Source: Moniliella sp. 'wahieum' (lineage: Eukaryota). From it: a DNA stretch of 64,000 bases. Positions within the stretch are counted from its first letter, which is position 1. Each line of letters starts with the position of its first letter. The notes beneath the pieces were generated by a model that was given only the letters and a program-made list of their open reading frames with translations, did not search any database and was not told where the DNA came from. Shown piece after piece: positions 42,491-63,371 of this stretch. The stretch covers positions 62,001 to 126,000 of the forward strand of contig RSEE01000053.1 of the NCBI GenBank assembly GCA_003971905.1. The letters run 5' to 3'. The translations under genes were made by a program, and so were the position numbers.

Positions 42491-43010
42491 AAGCACCACA
42501 GAGACGAGACGAAGAAGAGGAATCAAGGGAAATAGATGCTTGCACACTATATAGGGTCAAAGAAAGACAGGATGCAAGTACCGAGTCCTGAGTATCGGCA
42601 AACAGAATGCCGTATTGCAACGAAGAGAGAACGTGGGGAGGAGGGGAGAGAGAGGAGGGAGGGGGAGGGGGGGGCACGCGAAGTGCGGGCAGAGAAAGGG
42701 AAGGGAAAAGAGATAGAGAAAGCCGTGTGATAGGCAGAGTGGTTGTGCTACAGATATAGATGATGTTGGAATTCCAGGGTGACGACGGGATGGGGGACAA
42801 TTTCGATGATGGATCGATGATGGCGCGATGACGAGTGCAGTTTCCGAGACGAGGCCTGGGGGGCGAAGGAGGAGTGACATGTGACAAAGGACCACCCAAG
42901 GTGTGGGTCGAGAGGGAACGGAAACCCGAGGTGGCAGGGCGAGGTAAGAGATAAGAAAGCTGCATGATGCATGATGCATGACAGAAACATAGATCGGGGC
43001 AGGAAGCAGA

Positions 43011-48354
<5,344 letters not shown>

Positions 48355-50021
48355 GGCGGGCGGGGAGAAAAGAGGGTGGTGGCGGGGGGGAGCGTGGATG
48401 CGGGCGGAGCGTGGGCCTGGACGGAGGCCTAAGCGAGGAGCTTCCGCGTGGGTTGGCGGTTGGCTTGCAAGCTTGAAGGTGGCCTGCTGCTAACCCACAG
48501 GGTCGCGGGATTCCGGTGTGGCTTTGATCAGCACGGCCACCGTGGCAGGCACGGCGGCAGTGGGGGGCACGCCGGCACGTAGCACCGCGCCTGTGTCTTC
48601 GTGGCGGCGGGTGCAGGCGGTGTATGCCTTGGTGCGTCTCCCGTCTGCATCACACTGCTCGTGTGCCGGCCAGGGCAGTCCAGGGCAGCACTCCAGCCGA
48701 GCCCAGCTTCCAGCCGGTCCAGCCGCGGCATCACGCATCGTGCCGCCGCAATGTCGCCTGTCGGCTGCCATGATCGACTGCAACACGCATCCACAGTGCT
48801 GCCCCCGTGCCCATGCGGCGATCCCGCCCCCCCCACCGCACAGCGCCCGTGTGTGGAGTGAGACCAACACAGGGCAGCATGAGCTGGTAGTTGCACGTGC
48901 TGCAGCACATCCTGCCCACGGCGTCAGGCATGCAACATCACATGTCACCATCCACCCACACCACCCACTCTGGCGCGATTCCAGTCAGTACTCAGTGTAC
49001 TCAGCAGTCCTCGTTAGCTTCGGCGACGATTGATGATCGATGGTCGATGGTCGATGGATACCGAAGACGCACTGTGCTCAACGATGTGTGTGCAGTGCCA
49101 CAGATGAGGAAGAGAACTTGTGCGAGAACGTGAGCATGCATATGATTCGGGCGAGGGAAAGTGCTGCCCACACCCGACCGTGGCAGTGCCATCATGCATC
49201 ATGGGCCCAAGTGGGGGCCGTCTTCACCGTCTGTGTGCGCCCGGAAGCGCACTGTGGGGGTGACGCTGGGGGTTATTTTGCCGATCCCTCGTGGCAGCGC
49301 GGCAGCGGGGATGGCGTCGGTAGGCATATATGTGCTTCCAACGGTGGGCTGTGTTTCTTCCTGACAGGGATCTCAGCCTGTAATAAATGAGCTACTCGAG
49401 AGAGCGAGAGAGAGAAGAGTAGACTGCTACTCCACAAGAGAGGAACCCAATGCGTGAAGGTCAGAAAGGGATAGTCGTAATATAGACAGCGCAAACAGAG
49501 GGCAAAATGGCTATGTATGCATGTCCACGTCATGGAACTGATAGTCTTTTAAGTACAAGTGTTACGCCCAGCAGCAGGGACGCCTGGGATACCGACACAC
49601 GTGTCGGATGCGCGCTTTGGCGCACAGAGAGATGGTTCGTACGGCTTGCTCACCGGCTTACATCGATAGCACCACATAATGGCACGTCGCGTCCTCGGGT
49701 AGAAGAACAATTGAACATTCGGATGTCCCGAGTTCCGGCGGCGGCGGCGGCGCGTACGTACACTGCCCCCGTGGGAGACTGACCGCTGTGCGCTGGAAGC
49801 GCGACGCGAACGTGGATGGGTGATGCCCGGTGAGCGGTGATCGCTCTGGGCGCGGCTTGGTCGGCTGGTTGGGCAGCCGAGGTTAGTGCTGTGCTCCTCC
49901 ATTCCTTGTGCTCGCGCCCCACCAGCCGTACCAGCCCCACCACCCCACCATCCCTGCGCGGCCCATCCCACGGCTCTCCCCTGTCGCCCTCGGCACCTGC
50001 CTCCGCTCCGCCCGCCCTGCC

Positions 50022-52741
<2,720 letters not shown>

Positions 52742-53185
52742 CCGTGCGGCCACCCCAGCGCTGCTGCGGCTGTCCGTCCATGTACACCAGCCTGTAGAAA
52801 TATATTGATCGATCCCCAAGCAGATGGGCTCTTAGGTGCGATTGCCGTTGTGCGTAGGTTGGCCGCGTGGAGGACCTGTGTCTGTGTGGTCCTGCCGGAG
52901 GAAGAGGCACCGCCTGGATCCCCCTCGCTATTCGATGCGTGCAACTGACTGGCCATGCCAGCTGGAATTTACGACGCAGCTGGGGCGGCGCGCTGACATA
53001 ATACACACCCCTCGTCGCTCCCCGCTGCACACAGCTACGACCCTACGGGTGCTTCGGTGGTGCTTCAGGCCGAGGCTCAGCCCCCACAGTGCTGCTTCTC
53101 GTCCCGGCTACGCCCTCCCCAACCCGTAAGGTCCACCCACTGCGCTCGTCTGATCCACGCTCGCTTGCGCGGGGAGCTGCCCTCA

Positions 53186-54625
53186 ATGTCTTCTCCTCTT
53201 CTTCCCCCTCTCCTGCGGCCGCCTCGGCATCCTTCTCCGCCGATGAGTTCTTTGCCACCCAGCCCGTCCCGCCCTCGGTTGCTGTCGCCGGCCGCCTCGC
53301 CCGCGACTTTGTCGCCCGCTTGAGTTCCAAGGCTGCCCAGGCCGCCCAAGCTGCCCCGCCTCCTCGCGCTGGCGCTGGCGCTGGCCCCTCCCCTCTCCCA
53401 TTCCGCGCATCGTGCTCGTCACCTCGGGCGGGACGACAGTGCCGCTGGAGAAGAACGTGGTGCGGTTCCTGGACAACTTTTCTGCCGGCACTCGCGGCGC
53501 CGCGTCGGCCGAGTACTTTCTCGCTCGCGGCTATGGCGTCATCTTTCTCCATCGCCACACTCGCTGCAGCCCTACACGCGCCACTACTCCCACACCACCA
53601 ACCCATTCCTTGATCTGTTGTACGAGGTACCCGGTGGCTCGGACCCTGCCTCCCCGAGCATCGAGGTGGATCCTGCTCATGCGCTCCACCTCCGCCCCGT
53701 GCTCGAGGCGTACCACCGTGCCCGCCACGAGGGGCTGTTGCTCCAGCTTCCCTTTACTACTGTGACCGAATACCTGTTTTTGTTGCGGGAACTGGCTGGT
53801 GTACTGGCGCCCTTGAAGCGGCATGCCATGTACTACCTCGCCGCCGCTGTCAGTGACTTTTTCATCCCCTCCACCCGAACCGTATGTTGTCCTCCTCCCT
53901 GGCCAGGTCCACATTCTGATCTTTCCGCTCTTCCCTCTCTCTCTTTGGCCAGTCGGAGCACAAGATCCAGTCGGGCAAGGGATCTCTGGTGATTGAGATG
54001 GACCAGGTACCCAAGGTGCTCAAGCCCATGGTGCAAGACTGGGCGCCGGACGGGTACGTGGTCTCGTTCAAACTCGAGACCGACCCGGGGCTCTTGGTGC
54101 CCAAGGCCGAAACCGCGCTGCAGAGGTACGGTCATCAAGTGGTCATTGGCAACGAACTCCATTCGCGCAAGGTCAAGGTAGTACTAGTGGAGCCTGCGAG
54201 TGCCAGTGAGCAAACTGCTGCCCCGCTTGGGTCCCAGCCACCGCACCCGCGACCCCTCTGCCTCTGTCCCCGCCTCGTTCCGCACCACGTGGCTGCGCAT
54301 GAGCCCAGCGGACATTGAGGCCAATGCCAAGTTGGACCAGGAGGCTTCGGCTGCCTGGCGTTCGGCCAGCGCTGGGATGCCCCAGCCCAATCCGCTTTCC
54401 TCGCCCGTCTTGGTACCCGTGCGACCCAGGCACATGTCCCGCCCGCACCGCAGCAGGAGGAAGACTACTCTCCTCATCCTCTCGTACCGGGGGGCGGGCT
54501 TGTATTTGGGTTCCCTGCTCCTCTTGCCTTGGCGAGGCAAGTATGGCGTACGCGAGATTGAAGAGACGATCATTGCGGAGCTGGTTGCGAGGCACGACGC
54601 CTGGGCTGCTGCTGCCTCCGCATGA
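53186..54625 (+). CDS. CAB2: Phosphopantothenate-cysteine ligase (PPC synthetase); intron 53882-53952; frameshifted
   Basis: [77 protein letters not shown]. Confidence 0.93.
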
Positions 54626-55173
54626 TGGATGACTGGATGATTGGCAATGCGGCTGGGCCCAGTGCGACGTGGCATGCGAAGGGCCTAGGGAGGTCAGCAG
54701 GGGGAATTTGCCTGCGCAAGGGCCATGATCAACGTCAGAAACAATTATTAGTATGCCCATTTCAGTTGTGGCTGCTTGGAACCGAGGCTTTAGCTATGCG
54801 GAGCTCTCTACCTCGTCTGCATCTCGCTCATCGAATCACAGCTGGCTTAGATCTATGCCTTCGTCGATGCAGCCGTCCCTTGTGAGCTGCTCCTTCGCTC
54901 ACCATGCAAGAGGGATCCATCAGAGAAGGAGAACATGTTCATCTACGCAGGAGCACTCCTCCTATTGTTACAGGCAGAGGAAACCTTGACATACCCAATC
55001 CTGATCAATAAGAGTAGGCAAGGGAATGCAGTGCGGAGAAAGGGAGGAGAAAAATAAAGGGAGTGAGACGTCGTGTAGGGCCCGGGGCATCGACCCACGA
55101 CATAGGCATCCAAGCTAGCCAGTACCAGTTCCTACCACACCCATGGTACACCTAGGAGGTGAGATGAAGATAC

Positions 55174-55846
55174 TTAGTTGAAGAAGTGGCGGTTGGGGTT
55201 CGGCCCAAACAGGTCGGTACGGATGATGGGCAGCATCAACTCCTCAATCAGCCGCAGCCGCTCTTCAGCGTATTGTCAATTGTAATCTGTCCTCGTGCGA
55301 GACGAGTTTGACTCCGCCCGAGGAATCTTTAGGCAACCCTCGGCGACAGAGAGACGGGCTTGCCATATGCTCCTTGTACTTGCTCGCCACCTCGTCCCAG
55401 CAGACCTTCCAACACACTCACGTCCTGCGCACGCACCACCAACGTCACCTTGGGTTCGGTGAGCTGGAGCATCCCTGAGCGAAAGCTGCACAAGCAGCTT
55501 TGCGTAGGCCGAAGGGTCGGACGTGGTCGAGGCGAGCTTGGCGCGAGCGGCATCAAAGAGAGATTGCAGGTGCTCCTCGCGGGCCTGGAGCAACTTGAGC
55601 GAGCAGCGTTGGTTGCGGTGGACTGGGCAATGCGGTGGAGGTAAGAGCAGCTTTGGCCTTCTTGTCGTACGTTGCATCGAGCGATACCGACTCGCCGCGA
55701 ACGAGTTTGCCCTTTTCGATGGCAAAGTCCTCGTCGGCGCGGACTTGGATCTCGCGCGCCTTTTCCACCGCCTCCTGCTTGATGAAGCTGACCATCTTCT
55801 TCATCTCGCTCAGCACCTCGTCGTCGTTTAGGGGGCGTGCACTCAT
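55174..55846 (-). CDS. VMA4: V-type H+-ATPase subunit E; frameshifted
   Basis: MSARPLNDDEVLSEMKKMVSFIKQEAVEKAREIQVRADEDFAIEK, LKLLQAREEHL, tail DNTLK/EERLRL..LPIIRTDLFGPNPNRHFFN*. Confidence 0.93.
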
Positions 55847-56866
55847 GGCGGGCAAAGCAAGGCAAGGAAAGGCAGCAAGGGGGTGGCCGGCGACACCAAA
55901 AGGGGGAGAGCAACCCGATGTGGAGACGGAGCAGCAATCAACTGGACCGGTGGGCTGTGGTTGCCTGGCGCCAAACGAACTCTGCAATTCCGCCGGCGGA
56001 AACGGGCCAGATAGGCCGTGCCAGCTCATGTTCAAATTCAAAGTCAAGTTGCACATTGTTGGCGCCACGATCCAAGCGCCAATCCACATGCGTCGGCTGC
56101 AAATTGCAACGAGGCGGACATCACTGGGTACGGCGAGGGAGTCGCTGATGGGCAAGATGACCCGGGGTGGATGTGTCGGACGAAGAGCGCGCGCACCTTG
56201 GTATTGGCCATCGCTACCTCCGCCTCTTCCCAGGAGTGAAAGACCTGCTTGCTGCCCTCAAGCGTGGGCTCAAGAAAAGCTCCGGCGGTGCTGGAGCGCC
56301 CACGGCGTAACGCATAACGGGCCATGGTTAACTGGGTTTGCAAAGGCCGCACATTCTGGTGGATGCTCCGAGCACGTATCCTACGTTGTATCTCTGCCTT
56401 TGCCCACATGCTTTTTCTGGACTGAACATGAACTCCTGCCGACTATCCCATTGCCCTCCCTTCACACTCTACACACATCGCCACATCGTCATGTGAGGTG
56501 AAGGTATATTGCCGGCTCGAGGTAACAGAAAGAGACCAGTCAGGACACGAACCAGCCAGACTCTCTCGAGGTCGGACTAATTCTGATAAGGGAGGGTGTA
56601 GGATATGAAAGCAGGCGTAGCGGCAAAAAAAAAACAGGAGGAAATGAAAATGGCGCCCACGCGGGGTGGGGTATATGTCGGTGAATGGTGCAACAGGGGG
56701 TGAAGGGAGCTGTCGGGATAAGGGTTGTTACTGACAAGGGTAGAGAGGGGGAGTTGCACATGACAACGGAATGAAGGCGGAGATTGAGGGATCAGGAACG
56801 TTGACATAGCATACAGCAAGCGTACCCGCCCACTCACTGGGCGGATAAGACACGTTGCACCCATAT

Positions 56867-58844
56867 TTACTCACGCTTTAGTAAGCTTTGATCCGCACAG
56901 TCCATCACATCGAGAAACAGATCCCACAGCCCCGGCATATCCAACTCCTCCAGCACCTCCACATTCTTGCCCCCACGATCCCACGTGTCCCACGACTTGT
57001 GGCCCAGATGATCCGTAATCACAACCGTTCCCGCCGAAGGCAGTAGTCCAAGATCGACTTCAACGCGGTGACGAGGCGGAGGGTGAATGCGAGCGTCCTC
57101 AGCATAGGACAGGAGCGGATTGGCAGGAGGACCGGGCGCTCCTGCTTGCCCCGCCTCTTCCACCTCCTTAGCCTGGTCCAAATCGGGTGGGGACTTGGGC
57201 TCGGACGAGGTGTGCTCTGTGTCAGACTGACTTTCAGCCGGTACGGCATGCTTCTCTTCGCTGTTGCTCTCGGTATGGGAGGAATTGTGCCTTGTGGAGG
57301 AAGGAGGGGCACCGTACGCAAAGAACAACTTTTCGTCTGCGACATAGGCCACAGTCAACAGGTCGTGCACAGGGGGGCCGTACCTGAAGCCCATGCTTGT
57401 GGCATAACCCGAGGCCAAGAAAGTCATTGCAGACGAGACGATCTTGCGTACGTCGCTTGGACCTTCGAGTCCTTTGGGTGGGAAAGTTGTCGCAGGGTCT
57501 GTAGACGCCTCGGTTTCAACTTTGGTAGGTTTCTGTAGTGCCCACGGCGCTGGTACGAGTTGAAGCAGGCGGTCATTCACCTCAGAGGTAAAGATGGCTG
57601 CGAAATGGCATCAATAGCGTGTCAGCATATGGCACTCTTCTTGTTTCCTCTGCAGGAATATGAAGATCAAAACACAGAGAGACGACGTACCTTGCTTGGC
57701 CACTTTGGATCCGACCATGACAACTTTGACAGGGTGGTAAAACAGAATCGCCAAGGCTTCGGGGTCGCTGGCGGCATTGAACTCGTACGCCGCCGTTTCG
57801 CCTTCCTTGGCCTCCTCGGTCGCCCCAGCCATAACAACAATGGCAGCGACCGTGTCCGGTGCGACCAGGTCGGGATGCAACTTGATCAGCAGGGCAATAT
57901 TGGTACACGGCCCCATCACACAAATGTGGAGAGGCGGACTGCCATTCTGACGCCGGCGAAGCAACTCGTCAGCTAAAGCGGCCACCACCAGAGCTGGCGA
58001 GGCAGCTGGGACATTCAAGTCTGGTGCAACCGGTTCATCGCGTTTGGATCGGCCCGGCTTGGGATACTCAACAAGCGTTCGATGTTGGACCGGTCGTACG
58101 ATGCCCAGAGCCGCTCTGATAGAGCCGGTGAGTCGAGCGGAGGAAGACTGGTCACCCTTTCAGGCCATCACGGCCATGCATCGAGGCTGCATGCCGAGTA
58201 GCTGAATCAAGGGGGCATCCGCGCCACGGAGCAGGAGAGGATAGAGGGCAATACGATCAACGTTGCCATTTGTCTGGGTCGAGGGCTCCGCCTCCTCCCC
58301 ATCGTTTTTATCATTGTTCTCCCCATCGTTTTCCGCATGGTCTGCCGCTGCATTCCGAGCAGCTTCAGACCGCTTCCGCACCGCGTTGTCCGCACCAATG
58401 GCGACCAGGATCCGAGCGGCGTTTAAGTAGGTAGCCCGACCAGGCGCATTGCCAGATACAGTGCTGACGCCCACGAGACGCAAGCCTGGGTGATGTGTGG
58501 CCATAATGAGCGCCAACGCATCGTCATGCCCAGGATCACAGTCCACCCAAATGTCTTTGACCAGGGCGGGGTTGGCAATCGCATTGTACTTTACGCGAGA
58601 CCATCCTTCTAACTTGGCCATCACGGGCATCCCCCGCCCCCCCGTCGCTCCGAGGGGACGGAGCGGGGGCGGAGGCTGACTGCGTCGCAGATACTTGGTG
58701 TTGGTGTCGTTTGCGGTGGAAGGGATGGTGGTGGAAGGGAAGGATCGGGAGGATCGGGAGAGATGTCAGGGTGCTGCGGCTGGTCTGTGGGGTCGGAAGA
58801 GAGTCCCAGACGGGTGCTGAAGCGGCGAAAGAGGGCACCGACAT
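56867..58844 (-). CDS. URH1: Inosine/uridine-preferring nucleoside hydrolase with insertions; intron 57598-57690; frameshifted, start uncertain
   Basis: WVDCDPGHDDALA (Ca-binding DxDxxxDD), VSTVSGN, MHGRDGL, GPCTNIA, EFNAASDPEA, PPVHD, LWDLFLD. Confidence 0.85.
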
Positions 58845-60281
58845 GTGCCTTGGGCGAGCCGGGTAAGGGGGGCGATGTTTTGGAGGATTGTAGGGTCATG
58901 CTGGGAGAAGGTGTTCAGAGGGAAGAGGTATCGTCTGGGGCGGGTGGTGAGATGAGATTTCAGAGGCGGAGACTTTGTAAGGAAGGGGGAGGGGAGTGTA
59001 TGCGGTATTGGCGCGAGCGAGAGAGGGACGAGAGGGAGAAAGGGCTGATACTGATATGGGGTCACTAGGTCACTAGTCACTTGTGGAGGACGCCGAATGT
59101 TGCCACCAATGACGTTGATACGGGAGATAGGCTGTGGCGTCGAGGCGGGCGCCACTGCGAGCGACCAAGGGGCTATTGGGACACCGGTGATCAAAGAGGA
59201 GAGGGGGAGGGGATGGGGAGGGAGAGCGGAGCTGGGTTGGACGTTGGAGGCGCGGGGATGGTGGATGGGACAGGGTAGCACCGAGGGAAGGACAGCGAGC
59301 CGTGCAACGTACCATCCACCCTTGCCTGTGCTTAGCGCTTATATAGATATCGTTCGATCTCCCAAAGGATGGTTCGATGATTGCGTGCGGGAGTGTGAGC
59401 ATGGTGGGCGAACAGGGCAGTGCGGGTATTGATTGGGCGATGACCGATCGCGTGGGTCTGTATTAGCTGCCAGAAGAGCCGAGGCGGATCAGGGCGATCA
59501 GGGCAATCGATGATTGATGATCGATCCTGGCTTTGCCATCTGCGAACGGTCATCGGAGAATGAGCGACGACGCATAGTAACGAGTAAACCCCTGCCGCGC
59601 TTATCTCCCACCATGCACACACCACACATCAGGAACCCTCCCCCTATATATCTCCCAGCAGGCTTAAGGAGCCGTATCCGAGAGCCCACCACACACACAC
59701 TGTACACTAGCTCGACAGCCCTCCACATACTCTCGCCACCCTTCCGAGAACTATCGGCATGCGTCACCAACTCTTCAACAGCGTGCGCCTCTGCTCAGGC
59801 TTGCTTACATACATAGCGTGTGTAGCGTGCAACCTGGCGAGACCCATGAGAAAAGAAAAAAGATACTGGCCTGCCCGTCGCTCCTTTGGCCGAAGAGAAG
59901 AGGCAAAAGAGCTCTCTCTTCTCTCTGACACCTTTTTGACAGCCCTACAACCTATTTCCATCTACTCTTTGTGACATGTGCCGTTGCAGCGGACCCGCAA
60001 CCTTCTGCAACTCCCCCAACGTGCGATGTCAAAGCTGCACATGCTATATCGTCTACTACTTGTGTGCGCTCAATTCAAATTGGGCGTGAGAAAAGGAGAC
60101 ATCCATATAATACCCACACGCACGCTGGCAGCGCATCCTACATTTCACTGTTGACCGGCGTATTACCCGATGCGCCAAGCCAAGCGCTAATACTGATTGG
60201 GACATACGTTGCGGTGGCGTCACGCGTTCCTGGCGCTGGTCGCTGTTAGATACGTAGAGGAAGAAGAGCAACGGATTGCAA

Positions 60282-60485
60282 CCGACGGTGCCTACGCGCC
60301 TACGGTACCCGGTTCATGCGTCGATCTCGCGCGCAAGAGAGAGGTCGCGCATCTCGTTACGCGTTAACGTGCGTTAACGTTATTTTATGAATTGTGCAAG
60401 GGTTTTGCGCATCGTGTCTGGTTCAACGTACAACCCGGTTTTTGAAGTTAAAACGTCGATCGCATATATACGTGGGCACCGTCGG
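60282..60485. mobile_element. Candidate ~200-bp non-autonomous element bounded by 15-bp inverted repeats
   Basis: CCGACGGTGCCTACG (60282-60296) and CGTGGGCACCGTCGG (60471-60485) are 14/15 complementary. Non-coding, AT-richer interior. No clear TSD. Confidence 0.3.
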
Positions 60486-61349
60486 GTCTAGGGTGGGCTT
60501 ACGCCCTTACGGTTGCGTCCCTCACCTGCACACCATCTTGTGAGCAGTGGTTCCTCTCTCTCTGCCGCGGGGCCTCACCGTCAGGACTCTCTCAGGGCCT
60601 TAAGCTACTGGTAACACCCTTCAAGCCTCGCCTGTGAAGCTTGAAGCTTGAAGCTTGAGGCCGAGGCTTGAGGTCAATTGACCCTACATTGGTCAGTCAC
60701 TAGTCACTAGTCACGCGCCGGCGAGAGGCGCTTGTGAGGCTTGTTTAGTGGGGCGGCAGTGTTCTGCTCGCACAGGCTATGCCCTCTCTGCTCGATCCCA
60801 CTATCATGCATCTCATGGTGCACGCTTTTCTCCTCCCCCCCCACCCTTACGTCCAGATGGGCCGTTTTGCCTCCTTGCCTTTTGTCTGGAGTCGGAGAGG
60901 GCGTGCACATCCATAGCTGAACCGGTAGGAGATGCCGAGCCCACCCCAAAATCATCCTGTCTATCAACATTGGTTTCTCTGGCGGTTAATAGGCCACAGG
61001 TACAGCGTCTTATTTCATGTCCTACTAAGTGCGAATGGAGCGACGCAGCAGGACACGATCATTAAGACACCTAGCCTCTATCGAAGCCGAATCAGCTCTA
61101 AGATCTAAGCGCTAATCGATAATCAGAGAGTATATTGATTCAAATATCCAGAGCGAAGGAGAGAGGGACGGGAGTGTTGGTTGAGAAAAGGGAGAAGGCA
61201 TGCGGGAGAGCGAGAAAGAGAAGACTGAGCGCGCGTGCGGGTGGCTTGGCTATAGCTATCATCCTATCGCATGCCACATGGTCCGCTAGCCTTTTATTAT
61301 AAGCTCTCTCTGTAAATGCATCAATGCGTCTCTTCGAAGAGGGAAATAG

Positions 61350-61385
61350 AGTAACCGGTAACTGGTAACCGGTAACCGGTAACCC
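61350..61385. repeat. (GGTAACC)n heptamer tandem repeat
   Basis: gtaaccggtaactggtaaccggtaaccggtaacc, about 5 units. Confidence 0.85.
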
Positions 61386-61811
61386 CAGATGACCGCATTG
61401 GGGGGTGCCACCCGTCGACGTTGTTCTTTGATGACGTTGATGACTTTGACGAGCATTTGACTATGGCATGTCTCCATTCAATACTGGATGCAGTTGCGAG
61501 CCTTTTTGCAATAGTGTGGGGTGTGTGCAGAGATTGTTTTGCCCAAGAAGTGAAGGCAGGAGCTGCCAACATAGGTTGCAAGTTGAAATGTCAGAGCGGC
61601 GGCGATAGCGTCCACGTTACGTGATGCGCTCGTGATGCCGACCGGTCCGATGACATTGATCAAGCTATCAAGCTTCAAGCTCCAAATCAGGCCGACGCAT
61701 GGACCACCTCACCCTGGATGTGACCGGTCCGTGCACGCCCGGCCCCTCCGCCTTCTCCACCCCCACCCCCTCCCTTCCTTCCACCCCAGCAACGCAAACG
61801 AAGCTCATCTC

Positions 61812-62493
61812 ATGTCTCTCTACACTCTCAAGTCGCCCTGGAAGAACTCGGTGCTGGACTACAGCACCTTGCGGGGCAAGGTGCTTCTCATTTTCAACTC
61901 GGCTACCAAGTACGTCCGTCTTCCATCATACCCCTCTCCCTTTTGCTCCCTCCACCGCCGGATTGTCTGTACCCCGGCGCTCAACAGCCGACGTGAGAGG
62001 TGCTAATCGATGCTGCACGAACAGGTGCGGTCTGACGCCTCAGCTCAAGGAGTTGCAAGAACTGTATGACGCCTACCATGCTTCTGGGCTGGAGGTGATT
62101 GGGTACCCCAGCAACCAATTCCGTTCCCAGAACCCGGAGAACGATGAGGACACAGACCTTTTGCCAGCTCAACTATGGTGTCCAGTTCCCCATGGTCAAC
62201 AAAAGGTAAGCAACGTAGGCTAGCACCGTTGTTTGGTGCAACATGGGTACTGACAAGATCTCTTCAATTTAACACAGCGACGTGAACGGACCGGGTACGA
62301 ACGAGGTGTTCAAGTATCTTAAGGAGCATGGCCATGGTGCGCTGGGCGAGTCGATCGCATGGAACTTTACCAAGTTCTTGGTGGATCGGAGGGCAATGTG
62401 GTCCGGTATGCGCCTACCACGCAGCCGAGCTCGCTCAAATCGGAGATTGAGAAACTCCTTGCGCAACCCCCTCCCCCTGCGTCCCAAGTGTAG
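61812..62493 (+). CDS. GPX: Cys-type glutathione peroxidase (Gpx3/Hyr1-like); introns 61910-62024 and 62206-62277; frameshifted
   Basis: GKVLLIFNSATK|CGLTPQ (peroxidatic Cys, TGC), YPSNQF, FCQLNYGVQFP (resolving Cys), DVNG, WNFTKFLVD, EIEKLL. Confidence 0.92.
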
Positions 62494-63371
62494 GGCCACT
62501 TCCTGGAACCTGCCACATCTGCCGTTTGCAACGCTGTATTGATTCGCGATTCGTGCGCCGCGGTTCGCGTTCTTGCGTTAGCTACGGTAAGCAATACTTC
62601 TCCATTTGGTGCAGTCAGGCTCGAAATGTAGCCACCCCCTGCATTTGAGTTACGAGGGATCGACGTACATCTTATGGATGGAGACCAAGCTGAGGCCTAG
62701 TTGAGCCAAAGAGAAGAAGAAGAATTGAATGTGGGTATCGTCTGATGCCGGCGCTCGCAAGGGACGTTGATGAGAACCAATACGGGTATACCTGTTGCCG
62801 TACACTCCTATATGGATGTTAAGATAGCTCATGTGAGCTGTTTTCGAGCCAACAGAAGTAGACCTACGCTGTTGGACGCACCACAACGGCAGATATGGAA
62901 AAGGGAGCCCACTAATCGCCAGAGGAGGCAGGAATGCGGTGTGACTGGCGCAAAGTGTATCCTCTTCGCGCTTGCACCTCTTCAGGGCGATGCCACCGGT
63001 ATATGTATGACATGGGGGTTACGTTCTCGTGCATGCCGACTGCTGTCCCTGCGTGTTTAAAAGCGAGGTGAACAGCGGATGCGCAGACGCACCGAAGTTC
63101 TGAGTCTGAGTGCACCGGCTAATGACCCATTGAAATATGAAATGTGTGACTGAGCCAGTGCACATGCCCATACTGCCACACTGGAAGGTCCGACGCAGGA
63201 TGGGAGATGTGAGAGTAATCCCACAGCCCTTACCACGACCTTCGCGCGCTCGAGCCTCATCTCCTGCGAGCTCCTCCTCTTGCCTCGCCGTTCCTCTTCC
63301 GTTGGTCGGTGACACCCTAACCGCAGTTTTCTGGTTCGCCCCCCCCCCCCCCTCCCCCCTAGGAGCTCGTC

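Noticed and set aside
62025..62028. Selenocysteine in GPX
   Set aside because: The active-site codon is TGC (Cys), not TGA.
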